Part shown: positions 11,301-20,918 of the stretch, one piece after another
Layout: every line of letters starts with the position of its first letter
Position numbering within the stretch: the stretch's first letter is position 1
Origin: a virus
Length of the DNA: 64,000 nucleotides
Reading direction: 5' to 3' (one strand)
IMG/VR virus record: IMGVR_UViG_3300031857_000028
Span: 32,001-96,000 of that record
Notes under the pieces: model-generated
What the model was told of the DNA's origin: nothing
The model's input: the letters and a program-made list of their open reading frames with translations, nothing else
The model's database searches: none
Position numbers and translations under genes: made by a program

Positions 11301-11719
11301 TTCGTCTCTGCTAATGTTTCATTATCTTTCAGTAACGTTTTAAGCTCGTCATTTTGTGCTTGAGTTCTTTGAGTACCAAGTTTGTGTAAATCGGTAAGTT
11401 TTTGTTTATTTGCCGCCTTAAAGTCATTATGAGCTTTTTCGGCATCTTTGAAATGTCGTTCGTCTTGTTTTAGTTTTGCCCTTGCATAGTCTAACTGACG
11501 TTGTTTTAATTGAATACTTTTTTCTTTTAATTTGATATCTTCTGTATCGAATCGAATTCCCTGTATTATACCAGCTATACTTTTTGTAACAAAGTCAGCC
11601 TTTCGTGTTAACGTATTCGTAAGTCGTTGCTGTGAGGCCGTCATCGAACGTGTCATTTCACTCGTTCGACGTAATTCTCTTTCAAGTCTCTCCAGTTCTT
11701 CCTTAACTCTATCGGCCAT
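8348..11719 (-). CDS. Tape measure protein
   Basis: 1123 aa; N-terminal coiled coil, Gly/Ala-rich glycine-zipper segments, C-terminal INMDGNKVG; downstream of tail chaperones. Confidence 0.75.
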   Translation of the reverse strand: MADRVKEELERLERELRRTSEMTRSMTASQQRLTNTLTRKADFVTKSIAGIIQGIRFDTEDIKLKEKSIQLKQRQLDYARAKLKQDERHFKDAEKAHNDFKAANKQKLTDLHKLGTQRTQAQNDELKTLLKDNETLAETKKKARTAYQKSTDAVDKFTNQIELKSEEVKNLKFGRMAEGILKVADTFEGLVASVRKTQQQFGISAARATEINFSNLKSSVDSFASALLPGGKSGPGVTMEQIAQAQQDFQDQFGGLLTSEAATKMAQEAVKMGVTTEQLATARRVFLTQTRGDANKAQEQTDKFVSEFAKKGLSSKVAMQEIAKNSELLAKNGARFSTQMIRALADAKKIGVELSKISQFGDNLINDFEGFLESQAELGAMGFGFDSSRLAEIAETGDDAALFDELRSQLAATGKDITKLRRSERLALENAFGLNISDMLAMSGETVDGGGEDTVDLQKKTNEWLSTAVDRAEATVKAVQAVASGIGLANILLRLIERNTKFGNVTNIPDVDTGSRGQGPRGKGTRLRARSRLARRFFSRSKLGKRILSSRIATRVGSSKFASVASKLATKLDTSTKLPLSKATRLGGRLFGAAAGLYSGYQTYQQERAEGTGKGTAATAAALSTGGAFGGAYGGALLGAKLGAIGGPWGIAIGGFLGGLGGAILGDKLASWVNTNITKRFSTALDSAGNSVGKMWDSFTSWFSTKPAAAKPKVSTGDDVIAKPGYGKRSLVTPAGIIALNDKDNIIAYADDLVGTEKRPYGSIAQSAKDVAKDTVVTVTRDTAAKAAGKAISNATARMATNAIPLLGDVVSAIMVANDEYKTTKDLKKSIKVALGYYAASAVGGAQAATLASPTGPGAVIAEAVGSALAGEAYLKGRKITYADDLVGSKKLPIGTISKLMSRTGAKDKGLNLLNSRVPGFSKYMPEASNLIGTYRQGGTGGLKDYLTNRGVGMATRKAPMVADAMDVFSAYKTGGVRGALGSLAKGGIGKFIGGALGSAIPIPGVGTMIGSMMGSKVGKFVGGLFGKKKQTVPQITPEMMTAGNLPNLAAMLAGGMFPQSREGTTQQPTIKVDTSGIEQKLNNFINALQGIQINMDGNKVGKVLVNTAEIAASTGVFRVQSR

Positions 11720-11723
11720 TTAT

Positions 11724-12092
11724 TTACTCAAATAAAACGTGATATGTTGCCGCAAACAACGTCACAATATCACCAGAAGGAACCGTAACTAACGAAGTTC
11801 CCGATGGTGATATTCCTTTATATGACCTATTACCTTGTAGTTTGGCAATGGGAGAGCCAGACACAGCAATCCCCTTAAATATCAAATCACCAACCAATGT
11901 TGCTAATGGTTTACCAGTACGTGTTATTCCTGCATACAGTTTATTTCCTGATATGGTGTATAACGGACTTCCGGATACCGAAGCACCTTTGTATGCACGT
12001 GAATTTACTACCGTAAGAACCGGAGTTCCCGATACCGACATTCCCGCATATGCTTTAGTATTTTCTTCCAAAAGTTTCCGTAATAATATCAT
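11724..12092 (-). CDS. Small protein of five 19-aa repeats with an N-terminal MILLRKLLEE leader
   Basis: Repeats of the form K/R-x-Y-x-G-x-S-x-S-G-x-P. Confidence 0.6.
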   Translation of the reverse strand: MILLRKLLEENTKAYAGMSVSGTPVLTVVNSRAYKGASVSGSPLYTISGNKLYAGITRTGKPLATLVGDLIFKGIAVSGSPIAKLQGNRSYKGISPSGTSLVTVPSGDIVTLFAATYHVLFE

Positions 12093-12295
12093 TTTTTTCT
12101 AGCCTTATCAATTTCTCTATTCTCTTGTTCTTTTAGTTTAACAAACTCTTTGATATAGAAATTTCTCATATAAATTGGCATATGATATAAATCCATAACA
12201 CTAAAAGCACCCTTCGAATAATGAGATATAGTTAACATATTTTTAAATACATCAAGTTTATACTCTGGCGTCAGGCCAAAAAAAGTCGGCGCCAA
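12089..12295 (-). CDS. Tail assembly chaperone, second frame (probably reached by frameshift)
   Basis: Overlaps the upstream gene across a T7 run; MDLYHMPIYMRNFYI chaperone-like motif; TTG start with no SD. Confidence 0.6.
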   Translation of the reverse strand: MAPTFFGLTPEYKLDVFKNMLTISHYSKGAFSVMDLYHMPIYMRNFYIKEFVKLKEQENREIDKARKK

Positions 12296-13031
12296 TCGGC
12301 AACCTCATCGTTTGAATATTTCCGCATGAGCAATCAACTGTTATATTAAAGTTAATATCAGGAACCAAACTTCTATATTTTTCACGAAGATATCGAGCAT
12401 CTCGTACTAGTAAATTGTCAACAAATGACCAGATGGCTCCGGGTGAAGAATCTCCGTCTACTGAGGTAATAATTGCTTTCAGTCGTGTGGTAGTTTCTGC
12501 GTCAACGTCACCGTTGACTTTTTTCAACGACTTAATCTCCTTTTCAACACGCAATTCATCGCCACGAGTCAACAATTTCAACACCACTTGTTTTTTCGAA
12601 ATAGGAAGTACTACACTGAACTCTGGTTTATTTCCATCAGTCGGTTCATTTTCATTTTCCAATTCAGATAAATTTACAGTTTGTTCGACCAATTGACTGC
12701 ATGATGGACATTCTAAAGAAACTTCATAATCCTTACCATACCCCAAAATACGTGAAGCAACCATGACCGCATTTAAATCACCAAGTAACAAGTCTGCCGC
12801 TTTCACCCCCTTTGTGGCAATTAAGGCATCCATTAATTTATCTAATACCAATCCTTTTTGAATTAAATTGGTGGATGTTAAAATATCTTCGTGTTTTGCG
12901 GTCATATAATGTAATTCAATTTGACCACTACGTAACGGACTATTTTCTGGGTAAAACACTCCTTTTGATGGGAGGTCAATTACTTCTGTTGGAAACGTAT
13001 TCTGATTAGTTGTAACTTCTTGGTCTACCAT
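12258..13031 (-). CDS. T4 gp26-like baseplate hub assembly or tail chaperone
   Basis: EVIDLPSKGVFYP, MTAKHEDIL, CPSC and CSCG motifs, ends FFWP. Confidence 0.7.
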   Translation of the reverse strand: MVDQEVTTNQNTFPTEVIDLPSKGVFYPENSPLRSGQIELHYMTAKHEDILTSTNLIQKGLVLDKLMDALIATKGVKAADLLLGDLNAVMVASRILGYGKDYEVSLECPSCSQLVEQTVNLSELENENEPTDGNKPEFSVVLPISKKQVVLKLLTRGDELRVEKEIKSLKKVNGDVDAETTTRLKAIITSVDGDSSPGAIWSFVDNLLVRDARYLREKYRSLVPDINFNITVDCSCGNIQTMRLPIGADFFWPDARV

Positions 13032-13067
13032 AAAACCCTCTTAGTTAAAGTTATACTTTAATAAATA

Positions 13068-14951
13068 TCATTCTTCTGTATTTTCACTATCAAATTCTTC
13101 TCGGTACCCCATATTGATTCGCTTGACGAATTCCTTAAACATGGATTTGTTACGTTGCGGTGTCACTAAGGCACCGTCTACAATCACATCTGCTATATCT
13201 TGTTTTTCTTTCAAGATATCCCGCATATATTCGTCAATCGTTCCTTCACATATCATATAATATGCTTGGACTTGCGATTTCTGTCCAATACGATGCGTAC
13301 GGTCTTCTGCTTGTTCATGTTCTGCTGGTAACCATCCCATGTCGATAAATACTACCGTATCCATCACGTGCTGTAATCCGTCAATACCCATACCTGCCGC
13401 ACGTAAACTGAACAGTCCAACTTTAGCCTGTTTACTCGTTAGTCTATCAATACTTTGTTGGCGGTCGTTTCTACCCATTTCGCCGGTCAATAGCGCCGCT
13501 TTATCCCCATAGTGTTGTAATAGTGCTTTCAACGGTTTAATATAACAACTGAAAATGAGTATCGAACGGTCATTGTCAATAAACTCATCAATCATTTCAA
13601 TCAATCGTGGTAATTTCTTTTCAATTAAAAATCCTTGGAGTTTGGGCATGTGTTGAACGGATGGTTTACCGTCCATCTTCCACTTTCCAAACATTTCACG
13701 CAGTAATTGATTATATTCCTTCTTCTCGTCTTTTGTGAGTTCCACATACAAATCGTTACGTTGTTTCTTTGGCATCTCCGTCAAGACTTGTTCTTTCTTT
13801 CTACGAATAACCAAGTCTTTGGTGCGGTCATGAAGGTCTTGAAGATTCATCGGTGCTGCACCTTTCCATCCACCATACCGTTGGGTAAAATGAAAGAAAT
13901 TATTGAATCTATCTTTATCCAGAAAGTTTAATAATGCAAACGCCTCAATTGGGCGAGACATGACAGGTGTGCCGGTGAGAAAAATGCAATATTTCGTTTT
14001 GATGCCGGGATACTTTCGTCGTTCTTTATACGAACCCAAGATAGACTTTGCACGAATTGTTTGACGGTTTTTGAGATAGGTTGCCTCGTCACACACAAGT
14101 AAATCAAATTGCTGGTCACGAAGCCACTGATGATTTTTAGACACAGCATCGTAATGGCTAATATGAAATTGATTTCCGAGTTTCCCGTCATATCCTTTTG
14201 AATCCCATATGGTACTCTCCTTTCCCGTAAATCGTTTAATTTCACGTTGCCAATTGACGACAACTGATAATGGGCACACGATAATTGTTTTTAAATTATG
14301 TAATTGTGCATAAGCAATTGCTTGCATGGTTTTTCCCAAACCGGGTGCATCGGCGATGAGACAACGCCCACCGGCTCTATCCACGAATTGTACGCCCACT
14401 TTTTGATACGGATAAGGTTCTACTTTCATACCCTTGATTTCAAAATCCGTATCGTCTTTCTGACGAATTTCGTCTAAGTGTTCTCGACGTTCAGTGAGTT
14501 TATTTAATAATTTAATTGCTTGGTCGGAGAACGTTGCTGTCGGGAATATTTTCTGTATTTTTGGTAAGTGAACTGCCGGAAACTCCCAATACTTTTCGTC
14601 ACCGTTCCACTTTCGTCCATCAATTTCATACTTAAACTGTTCCAATAATAGTTTATTATACGGCATATTAATATATGCAGTTTTACTATCTTTTAAGGAT
14701 ATTTCTATTGGACCAGTTTTTTCTTCTTGTTGTACTTGTGGGGTGTGGGATAATTTTGTACGAGGTAAGGATAAATCTGATACATCATCGTCGGTTAATG
14801 CTCGTTTAGCAGCTTCTACCCATGCAGGTGGGATACCTACCGTTGTACTCATCCATTGGAGGTATTGTGGGGCAATGCGTCGAACACTCCCCAACGTATG
14901 CCCCTTATACTTTCCCCACGTAAAAATTACTGCATCTAACGACGGATGCAT
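13068..14951 (-). CDS. SNF2-family helicase, HARP/SMARCAL1-like
   Basis: ADAPGLGKT (Walker A), VCDEAT, LTGTP, QAEDRTHRIGQ; N-terminal WGKYKG...YLQW domain. Confidence 0.9.
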   Translation of the reverse strand: MHPSLDAVIFTWGKYKGHTLGSVRRIAPQYLQWMSTTVGIPPAWVEAAKRALTDDDVSDLSLPRTKLSHTPQVQQEEKTGPIEISLKDSKTAYINMPYNKLLLEQFKYEIDGRKWNGDEKYWEFPAVHLPKIQKIFPTATFSDQAIKLLNKLTERREHLDEIRQKDDTDFEIKGMKVEPYPYQKVGVQFVDRAGGRCLIADAPGLGKTMQAIAYAQLHNLKTIIVCPLSVVVNWQREIKRFTGKESTIWDSKGYDGKLGNQFHISHYDAVSKNHQWLRDQQFDLLVCDEATYLKNRQTIRAKSILGSYKERRKYPGIKTKYCIFLTGTPVMSRPIEAFALLNFLDKDRFNNFFHFTQRYGGWKGAAPMNLQDLHDRTKDLVIRRKKEQVLTEMPKKQRNDLYVELTKDEKKEYNQLLREMFGKWKMDGKPSVQHMPKLQGFLIEKKLPRLIEMIDEFIDNDRSILIFSCYIKPLKALLQHYGDKAALLTGEMGRNDRQQSIDRLTSKQAKVGLFSLRAAGMGIDGLQHVMDTVVFIDMGWLPAEHEQAEDRTHRIGQKSQVQAYYMICEGTIDEYMRDILKEKQDIADVIVDGALVTPQRNKSMFKEFVKRINMGYREEFDSENTEE

Positions 14952-15217
14952 TATTTCTGTCCTTCGTCTCCCACCGCAAACCCATCGGGGTCTGTAACTG
15001 CGGTTGGTTCTGATTGGTCGATACGAACGTATACCATGTTATCCATATCTAACCGCCACCCGTTTCGTGGATCTATTTGCAATATTTGCATCAGTTGTAT
15101 ATTAGCTTGTTGTACTTCTTCCATCAATCGTGATTGATATGATTTTAATAAAGCGTTGTTTGCTTTTATTAAATTTTGTAGTGCTATTGGTACTTCCATA
15201 GTAACTTGATTACTCAT
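14951..15217 (-). CDS. Hypothetical coiled-coil protein
   Basis: GAGGTG SD; translationally coupled to the helicase gene. Confidence 0.6.
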   Translation of the reverse strand: MSNQVTMEVPIALQNLIKANNALLKSYQSRLMEEVQQANIQLMQILQIDPRNGWRLDMDNMVYVRIDQSEPTAVTDPDGFAVGDEGQK

Positions 15218-15234
15218 TATTCACCTCTATAAAT

Positions 15235-16053
15235 TTATAGGAAAATACTAAAATACTCTCTCCACCCACATTTAATTAAATTATACATATGTTTATTTCG
15301 TGTATAAGAAATATCGAAGATTTTTTCATCACTTCCGATATATCCATGTTGAATAGATTCATCTACCGTATCACAAAATTCTTTAGTTAAGAAATCTATT
15401 AAATGCGAAGGAACTATAAATGCTGTTCCTTGAATGTTTCTTATTTGAGACAACGAGTGAAATCTTTTATCTGATACATCAAACGATTCGTTGTGACTGA
15501 AGAATGTGATTTTGTTTAGATCTAAATCATTTATTTTTTGTATATTCGGCCAGGTAATTCCAGAATAATTCTCGATAGCTTCTCGTAATCCTCCTGCATC
15601 GGCCCAAATAACCAGTTCATTGTCAAAATATTTATTCTCAATACAGTCTCGTATCCAAAATATTTTATTGAACATTATAACATTATACAACGGCTTACTC
15701 ATTTCAGGTACGTCTGGAAAGCTGAGTTTGCTTATAAATGATTCGGAACTCATTAATGTTTCCAATTTTTGATTGTACATTTTATACGCGGGAAGCTCTT
15801 CCAATTCCTGCGTGATAATAATAGTATCGATTAAAGTTGGATCATACTTTTTTCTAATAGTTTCTATCCTATCTTTGAATTTCAACTGCGTGTAAATAAC
15901 CAATTTAGTATGCAACGATAATGTTTTTTCCATCCAATGAATGTATCCATCATATGACTGACGAAACTGTTCCCATGTATCTCTTCCGATATCATATAAT
16001 GCAGTAACTACTGTAGTATTCTTTATAAGTGGGTGTGCTAAATCCATTGCCAT
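15235..16053 (-). CDS. HtrL/YibB (WlaTC)-family glycosyltransferase
   Basis: TVVTALYDIGR, YNVIMFNK, IWADAG and GSDEKI motifs. Confidence 0.75.
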   Translation of the reverse strand: MAMDLAHPLIKNTTVVTALYDIGRDTWEQFRQSYDGYIHWMEKTLSLHTKLVIYTQLKFKDRIETIRKKYDPTLIDTIIITQELEELPAYKMYNQKLETLMSSESFISKLSFPDVPEMSKPLYNVIMFNKIFWIRDCIENKYFDNELVIWADAGGLREAIENYSGITWPNIQKINDLDLNKITFFSHNESFDVSDKRFHSLSQIRNIQGTAFIVPSHLIDFLTKEFCDTVDESIQHGYIGSDEKIFDISYTRNKHMYNLIKCGWREYFSIFL

Positions 16054-16793
16054 TTCACCTGTATGTTTTTGTGTTTAATTTCAACTTTGTCCGTATCAAA
16101 AAATTGCGATGTATTATCTGAATTAATTAATGTTGCTAATTTCATTTCATATTTGTTTAGTATGGTTGGTACAAATCCCTCGGAATATCCATAAATCCCT
16201 TCTCTATGAACTTTCAATAGAATTTCCATTGCACGTTTAGAAAACCTAACAATCGGAAAAAATGAACCAAATAATTCAGTAACATCATTTGGTATGATAT
16301 CACCATCACCTGGAAATCTATAAAACCACTGTTCATTTGAATATGTATTGTGGTCTATGTGGGGAATCGTAGGCTGTGATGATACGTCTTTGTGTTTAAA
16401 TATAAAATACGAAATAAAATCACTATTATCGGTATCAACATTAGCAAAAAATGCATTCCAATCACCTACACTTACATCATCATCAAAAAACCAATAATAG
16501 TCATAATTAGGATGTGTTAAATAATAATTCAACATTCTGAAATGTGCATAGAACCAAATAATATTTCGATTGCCGATGCTATTCCAAAAATGCTTCGTAC
16601 TCACTTGACGGTCGAAATTAAGATTTTTTCTAACATCCGATTCAGTATACGTAAAACCAACGTCAAAGGTACTATCTCTTGTCACATCCGCTATAACTGT
16701 TAGATGTTTGTCAGTTTTTCTAAACTCATCCCAGTTTGCCTCAAAATGTGGATACATATCCGGTGTTGTACAAACGCAGTATGCACTATTCAT
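16038..16793 (-). CDS. Putative GT-A glycosyltransferase
   Basis: PNYDYYWFFDDDV (DxD), SFFPIVRFSKRA, SEGFVPT. Confidence 0.65.
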   Translation of the reverse strand: MNSAYCVCTTPDMYPHFEANWDEFRKTDKHLTVIADVTRDSTFDVGFTYTESDVRKNLNFDRQVSTKHFWNSIGNRNIIWFYAHFRMLNYYLTHPNYDYYWFFDDDVSVGDWNAFFANVDTDNSDFISYFIFKHKDVSSQPTIPHIDHNTYSNEQWFYRFPGDGDIIPNDVTELFGSFFPIVRFSKRAMEILLKVHREGIYGYSEGFVPTILNKYEMKLATLINSDNTSQFFDTDKVEIKHKNIQVKWQWI

Positions 16794-17604
16794 ATGAATT
16801 TATTAAAATTTTATGCCAGTGTGGAACTCTATTAAATTGATGTACAATATCATATATTTTTTCGTCCGACGTACATATTCTATCATTGAGTAATTGCGGG
16901 ATTCCATATCTTGTTTCGATTATACCTTTAAATCCCCATGCATCAAAAAAATTAGTCGGGCCTGCTGCGGCACAGTGCATTGCCCAGCCATCAGTTAAAT
17001 TAAAAATTTTAACATTTGGAATTTTTCCATTTGCTAACAATATAATTAGTGCAGCTTGGTCACGGATGTTGTGATTATTAACACCAACTTCACACAACTC
17101 ATGCATTTGTTGTAACATGTGTATTAGTTGTTCACGTTTTCCCGCCATCACGCCCGAACATATTACCTCAAACGACCGACATTTTTCCATTTCTTCTGGA
17201 TAGCATTTATTCAATACATCGGAGTTCCAAGGTTCCTCGTTGACCAGCACTCCTTCTCCGCTAACAAATATATCATATGTATGTAAATCCATTTTCAAAA
17301 ACGGATCTGCCTGAAACACTACATCGAACACATCTGTAACCATGAACAAATCTATATTACTTTGTTTTAAATAGTCAACCGTGTGCTCCAATCGTTTATT
17401 ATTAATGTACCACGTATCTTCTATTTGAACTGGATGGCACGCTATATTCAATTCCTCACACACCTTGATATCATCTTCATTAGTATTTACTGCTAGTAAT
17501 ATAACATCGCCATCGGAAAATTTTCTAAAACTTTCTGCCCAAATTTTAATTTTTGCTTTGTTCTGTACTATATTGTTTGATGTTCCTATTAATGCTTTTT
17601 TCAT
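16786..17604 (-). CDS. Putative GT-A glycosyltransferase
   Basis: TDVFDVVFQADPF, ICSGVMAG, DQAAL, IVHQFNR; likely start MKKALIG at 17604. Confidence 0.7.
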   Translation of the reverse strand: MKKALIGTSNNIVQNKAKIKIWAESFRKFSDGDVILLAVNTNEDDIKVCEELNIACHPVQIEDTWYINNKRLEHTVDYLKQSNIDLFMVTDVFDVVFQADPFLKMDLHTYDIFVSGEGVLVNEEPWNSDVLNKCYPEEMEKCRSFEVICSGVMAGKREQLIHMLQQMHELCEVGVNNHNIRDQAALIILLANGKIPNVKIFNLTDGWAMHCAAAGPTNFFDAWGFKGIIETRYGIPQLLNDRICTSDEKIYDIVHQFNRVPHWHKILINSYE

Positions 17605-17605
17605 A

Positions 17606-18175
17606 TCAACAAGTTCCCGTACCCACAACTAACGTTTCATTAAATCCAAGTATCGTGGGCCACAGATATTCAATCAAGTAGTTAATTTGACTCTTCACTT
17701 CCAATGGAATTGATTTTTTTATTTTTTCATACGACTCTTTACTTCGTTGTAAAATTAATTTTTTAGAAACAATGCATTGTGCCCCACTTATAAATTTTAT
17801 GGGTAGATTATATTCAATGTGTACGTTCTCTGCATACTGCACAGTTTCTTTAACGATAGAATCAACATCTCTGATATACGAGATTCCCAATGGATAAAAT
17901 GACTGAGTTGTGTCAAAATTATTAACATTGTTTATAAAATTTGGACAATGCGTAAACGGGTCGTCTTGACTGAAACATACGAAATCCGGTAAATTATCGT
18001 AATTGTCTATGATGTATGTTAAATATGCGATTGCATCATATCCAACATTAGGTAAATTTTTTTCATATAAATTATTTTTGTCCGGATTTTTGTTATATAC
18101 CACAACGGGATACTTTATTTGTTTAATCCAATCCAAATTTTCTTGAAAATGACAAACAACAACGGTTAGGTTCAT
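17606..18175 (-). CDS. DUF3431-like protein (putative glycosyltransferase)
   Basis: ENLDW, LPNVG...YLTYIIDNYDNLPD...FSQDDPFTH, GAQCIVSK. Confidence 0.75.
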   Translation of the reverse strand: MNLTVVVCHFQENLDWIKQIKYPVVVYNKNPDKNNLYEKNLPNVGYDAIAYLTYIIDNYDNLPDFVCFSQDDPFTHCPNFINNVNNFDTTQSFYPLGISYIRDVDSIVKETVQYAENVHIEYNLPIKFISGAQCIVSKKLILQRSKESYEKIKKSIPLEVKSQINYLIEYLWPTILGFNETLVVGTGTC

Positions 18176-19437
18176 ATAACCACACTCCTTCTATCCAACC
18201 ACCCCTTTGTTTCTGAGTGGGGCCAGAAAATATATTTATACGGTTTTTTAACCGTATTAAATTCTCTCCAAATTTTTATATAAGGGTCATTAGTAGATTT
18301 TAACTGTTGTATCTCGTCTTTTAGTACGTCTTTTCTATACAATTCTGTACCAGTTTCATCTTCAAATGCAACAACCCATACATTATAATCATTTTCGGGA
18401 ACTTGGTCAAGTGGTATATCTAGACAATATTTAAATATTGATACCCAATTTTTTTCATATTGTTCTTCCGACAAATAGATAGGATTTGGTGGAAGATTAT
18501 TTTCAATTGTGTATTGCTGAACTGCTCTCTTCTTAAAGTTTATTCCCGCATATCGTTCATACTGCTGTAATGTTCTTTTTGTTCCGAACCCGTATATCCC
18601 AAAATCAATATCTTGAGCTTCACCATCCATACCAAATAATTTTCTATTTCTTAGATGTGATTTTGAATTTTTTTCCCACCACGTTTTGTCGTCATCCCAC
18701 TGCTTAGTTCTATTCTTTCTAGTGTATTCATGCCAAGCTACAATTTTATGCGGATGAAATATATCATATCCCCACGTATATGCTCGTACCGCAATTGAAA
18801 TTTCTTCGCCGTGAAAATAGTAATTAGGGTCGTGAGGAACTTCTTTACAAAATTGCCCCAACGTGAAGGCAAAATGTGCCGAATAAAATCTCCCAGGTAT
18901 AGGAGATTGTAAATTTTTATAATTGTCAATTCCGGCGGGTATAAAAAATATTGCACCTTCTGGAATGAATCTATCAAAATTCATTTTCCAGGGAATCTGT
19001 ACCCGACCGTCTGGGTCGTTTTCTGGGTCGTATGATGGGATGTAACTTGTCAGTAACGGTTTTTTATATCCATCGTTTTGCAATTGCTCAATCATGTTAA
19101 TACATTCTACGTCCCAATTTTGTACAAATCTATGATGAGAATCTAATTGAAGGGTATATTTTTCATCATTATATAGTTGCTGTATTTTATTTCGTGCCCA
19201 GCACGCACCATTCGATTCTTTATAGGGAATATCTATTATACTAAATCTAGAATCTTCTTTAAATTCATCTAAATTATCCCACACATCTTCTTCAGAATGT
19301 TGCCACGCAATTCCAAATCGTAAATGTTCTGGATGTTTTGCCTTAACTATACAATCTCGTATAGTTGGAACTAACTCAGGGTCACGGTACGATGCAATTT
19401 GTACAAATATAGTATTTTTCATAAACCTTTCCTTCAT
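18172..19437 (-). CDS. GT60-like polypeptide GlcNAc transferase (Skp1-hydroxyproline / mucin-initiating family)
   Basis: IFVQIASYRDPEL, GACWAR, LQLDSHHRFVQNWD, VPHDP, FHGEEISIAVRAYTWGYD, RTLQQYERYAGI. Confidence 0.85.
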   Translation of the reverse strand: MKERFMKNTIFVQIASYRDPELVPTIRDCIVKAKHPEHLRFGIAWQHSEEDVWDNLDEFKEDSRFSIIDIPYKESNGACWARNKIQQLYNDEKYTLQLDSHHRFVQNWDVECINMIEQLQNDGYKKPLLTSYIPSYDPENDPDGRVQIPWKMNFDRFIPEGAIFFIPAGIDNYKNLQSPIPGRFYSAHFAFTLGQFCKEVPHDPNYYFHGEEISIAVRAYTWGYDIFHPHKIVAWHEYTRKNRTKQWDDDKTWWEKNSKSHLRNRKLFGMDGEAQDIDFGIYGFGTKRTLQQYERYAGINFKKRAVQQYTIENNLPPNPIYLSEEQYEKNWVSIFKYCLDIPLDQVPENDYNVWVVAFEDETGTELYRKDVLKDEIQQLKSTNDPYIKIWREFNTVKKPYKYIFWPHSETKGWLDRRSVVI

Positions 19438-19456
19438 ATGTTTTATTTATTAATTA

Positions 19457-20881
19457 TTATAATACACAGACATTCTCTAAACAAGTTAAGCCATTACAAC
19501 ATGATAATGATAAACAACTTTGGCCCTGATCTGCACATGGTTCTGGTGTAGCCGTTGGGTCAGGTACTGGTGTCGCTGTTGGTTCTGGTACTGGTGTCGC
19601 TGTTGGGTCTGGTACTGGTGTCGCTGTTGGTTCTGGTCCCGGTGTAGCCGTTGGGTCCGGTACTGGTGTCGCTGTTGGGTCTGGTACTGGTGTCGCTGTT
19701 GGTGCCGGTGGCCCACCACCCTGACACGTACTGAGGTTACCATCCACTTCAACGCAATCCAATCCATCACAGCAAGTTCCTACTGGAGAGCCACTGACTA
19801 TACATGCATTACCTGACGTAATACACGTTGGTGTAGCGGTCGGTGCTGCTGGTGTAGCAGTTGGTGCTGGTGTAGCAGTTGGTGCCGGTGGTCCACCACC
19901 CTGACACGTACTGAGGTTACCATCTACCTCGGTACACGTTAATCCATCACAGCAAGTTCCTACTGGAGAACCGCTGACTATACATGCGTTACCTGACGTA
20001 ATACACGTTGGTGTAGCAGTTGGTTGTACTGGTGTTGGTGTTGGTGACGGCGGTGCAGCAGTTTGACACGTACTGAGGTTACCATCTACCTCGGTACACG
20101 TTAATCCATCACAGCAAGTTCCTACTGGAGAACCGCTAATTACACACGCATTACCTTCCGTAATACACGACGGCGTAGCCGTTGGTGTTGGTGTAGCCGT
20201 AGGTGGTAATGGTGTCGGTGTAGCAGTTGGTTCTACTGGTTCTGGTGTAGCCGTTGGTGTTGGTGTAGCCGTTGGTGTTGGTGTAGCAGTTGGTGTCGGT
20301 GTAGCAGTTGGTTCTACTGGTCCTGGTGTAGCAGTTGGTGTAGCGGTTGGTTGTACTGGTGTTGGCGTAGCCGTTGGTGGTACTGGTGTAGCCGTAGGTA
20401 CTGGGGTGGCGGTTGGTTGTACTGGTGTTGGCGTAGCCGTTGGTGGTACTGGTGTTGGCGTAGGTGCTGGTGTGGCAGTTGGTGGTACTGGTGTAGCCGT
20501 AGGTACTGGCGTGGCTGTTGGTGGCACTGGTGTAGCAGTTGGTGTCGGTGTAGCAGTCGGTGTAGCGGTTGGTGTTGCTGTAGGTGTTGCTGTAGGTGTT
20601 GGGGTTGGGGTTGGTGTGGCACTTGTTGTTGGTGTAGGTGTTGGTATTGGGGAGTGACACAGAAAATAATTGCGGGGACGATAGGCAATTAAACTGTAAT
20701 TCACTTCCGTGTATCCAGCAGGACATCCTGCTGCAGCCGACCCAGACGGACCTCTATTTCCGAAACTACCCGTAAGTGCATATAAAATACTATATCCAGG
20801 ACTGTTAACGGTAGTAACAATACTGGCAGAAATTGCATATGAACTGGATGCTGGGATAGCAAACGGAAAAAATACGGACAT
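19457..20881 (-). CDS. Mucin-like Pro/Thr-repeat protein carrying four cystine-knot-like modules
   Basis: Long PTATP tracts; three near-identical C-x6-C-x9-CC-x4-C-x9-C modules and a shorter terminal one. Confidence 0.8.
   Translation of the reverse strand: MSVFFPFAIPASSSYAISASIVTTVNSPGYSILYALTGSFGNRGPSGSAAAGCPAGYTEVNYSLIAYRPRNYFLCHSPIPTPTPTTSATPTPTPTPTATPTATPTATPTATPTPTATPVPPTATPVPTATPVPPTATPAPTPTPVPPTATPTPVQPTATPVPTATPVPPTATPTPVQPTATPTATPGPVEPTATPTPTATPTPTATPTPTATPEPVEPTATPTPLPPTATPTPTATPSCITEGNACVISGSPVGTCCDGLTCTEVDGNLSTCQTAAPPSPTPTPVQPTATPTCITSGNACIVSGSPVGTCCDGLTCTEVDGNLSTCQGGGPPAPTATPAPTATPAAPTATPTCITSGNACIVSGSPVGTCCDGLDCVEVDGNLSTCQGGGPPAPTATPVPDPTATPVPDPTATPGPEPTATPVPDPTATPVPEPTATPVPDPTATPEPCADQGQSCLSLSCCNGLTCLENVCVL
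19540..20650. repeat. Coding tandem repeats: PTATP units and three 102-bp knottin copies (19724-19825, 19904-20005, 20066-20167)
   Basis: Direct repeats visible in DNA, e.g. ggtgtagcagttggt and ccatcacagcaagttcctactggag. Confidence 0.9.
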
Positions 20882-20918
20882 TACATTCTCATTCTAAATT
20901 GGATATACACGCAACACC

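Noticed and set aside
19540-20650. Possible CRISPR array or DGR template/variable repeat pair
   Set aside because: Repeats are in-frame coding units without unique spacers, differences look mostly synonymous rather than adenine-specific, and no reverse transcriptase or cas gene is in the window
19486-20726. Alternative-frame ORFs with striking repeats (HQYQ, WCRCW, YTNT, VGVAVG)
   Set aside because: These are shadows of the PTATP coding repeat in other frames and on the other strand, with no independent start signals
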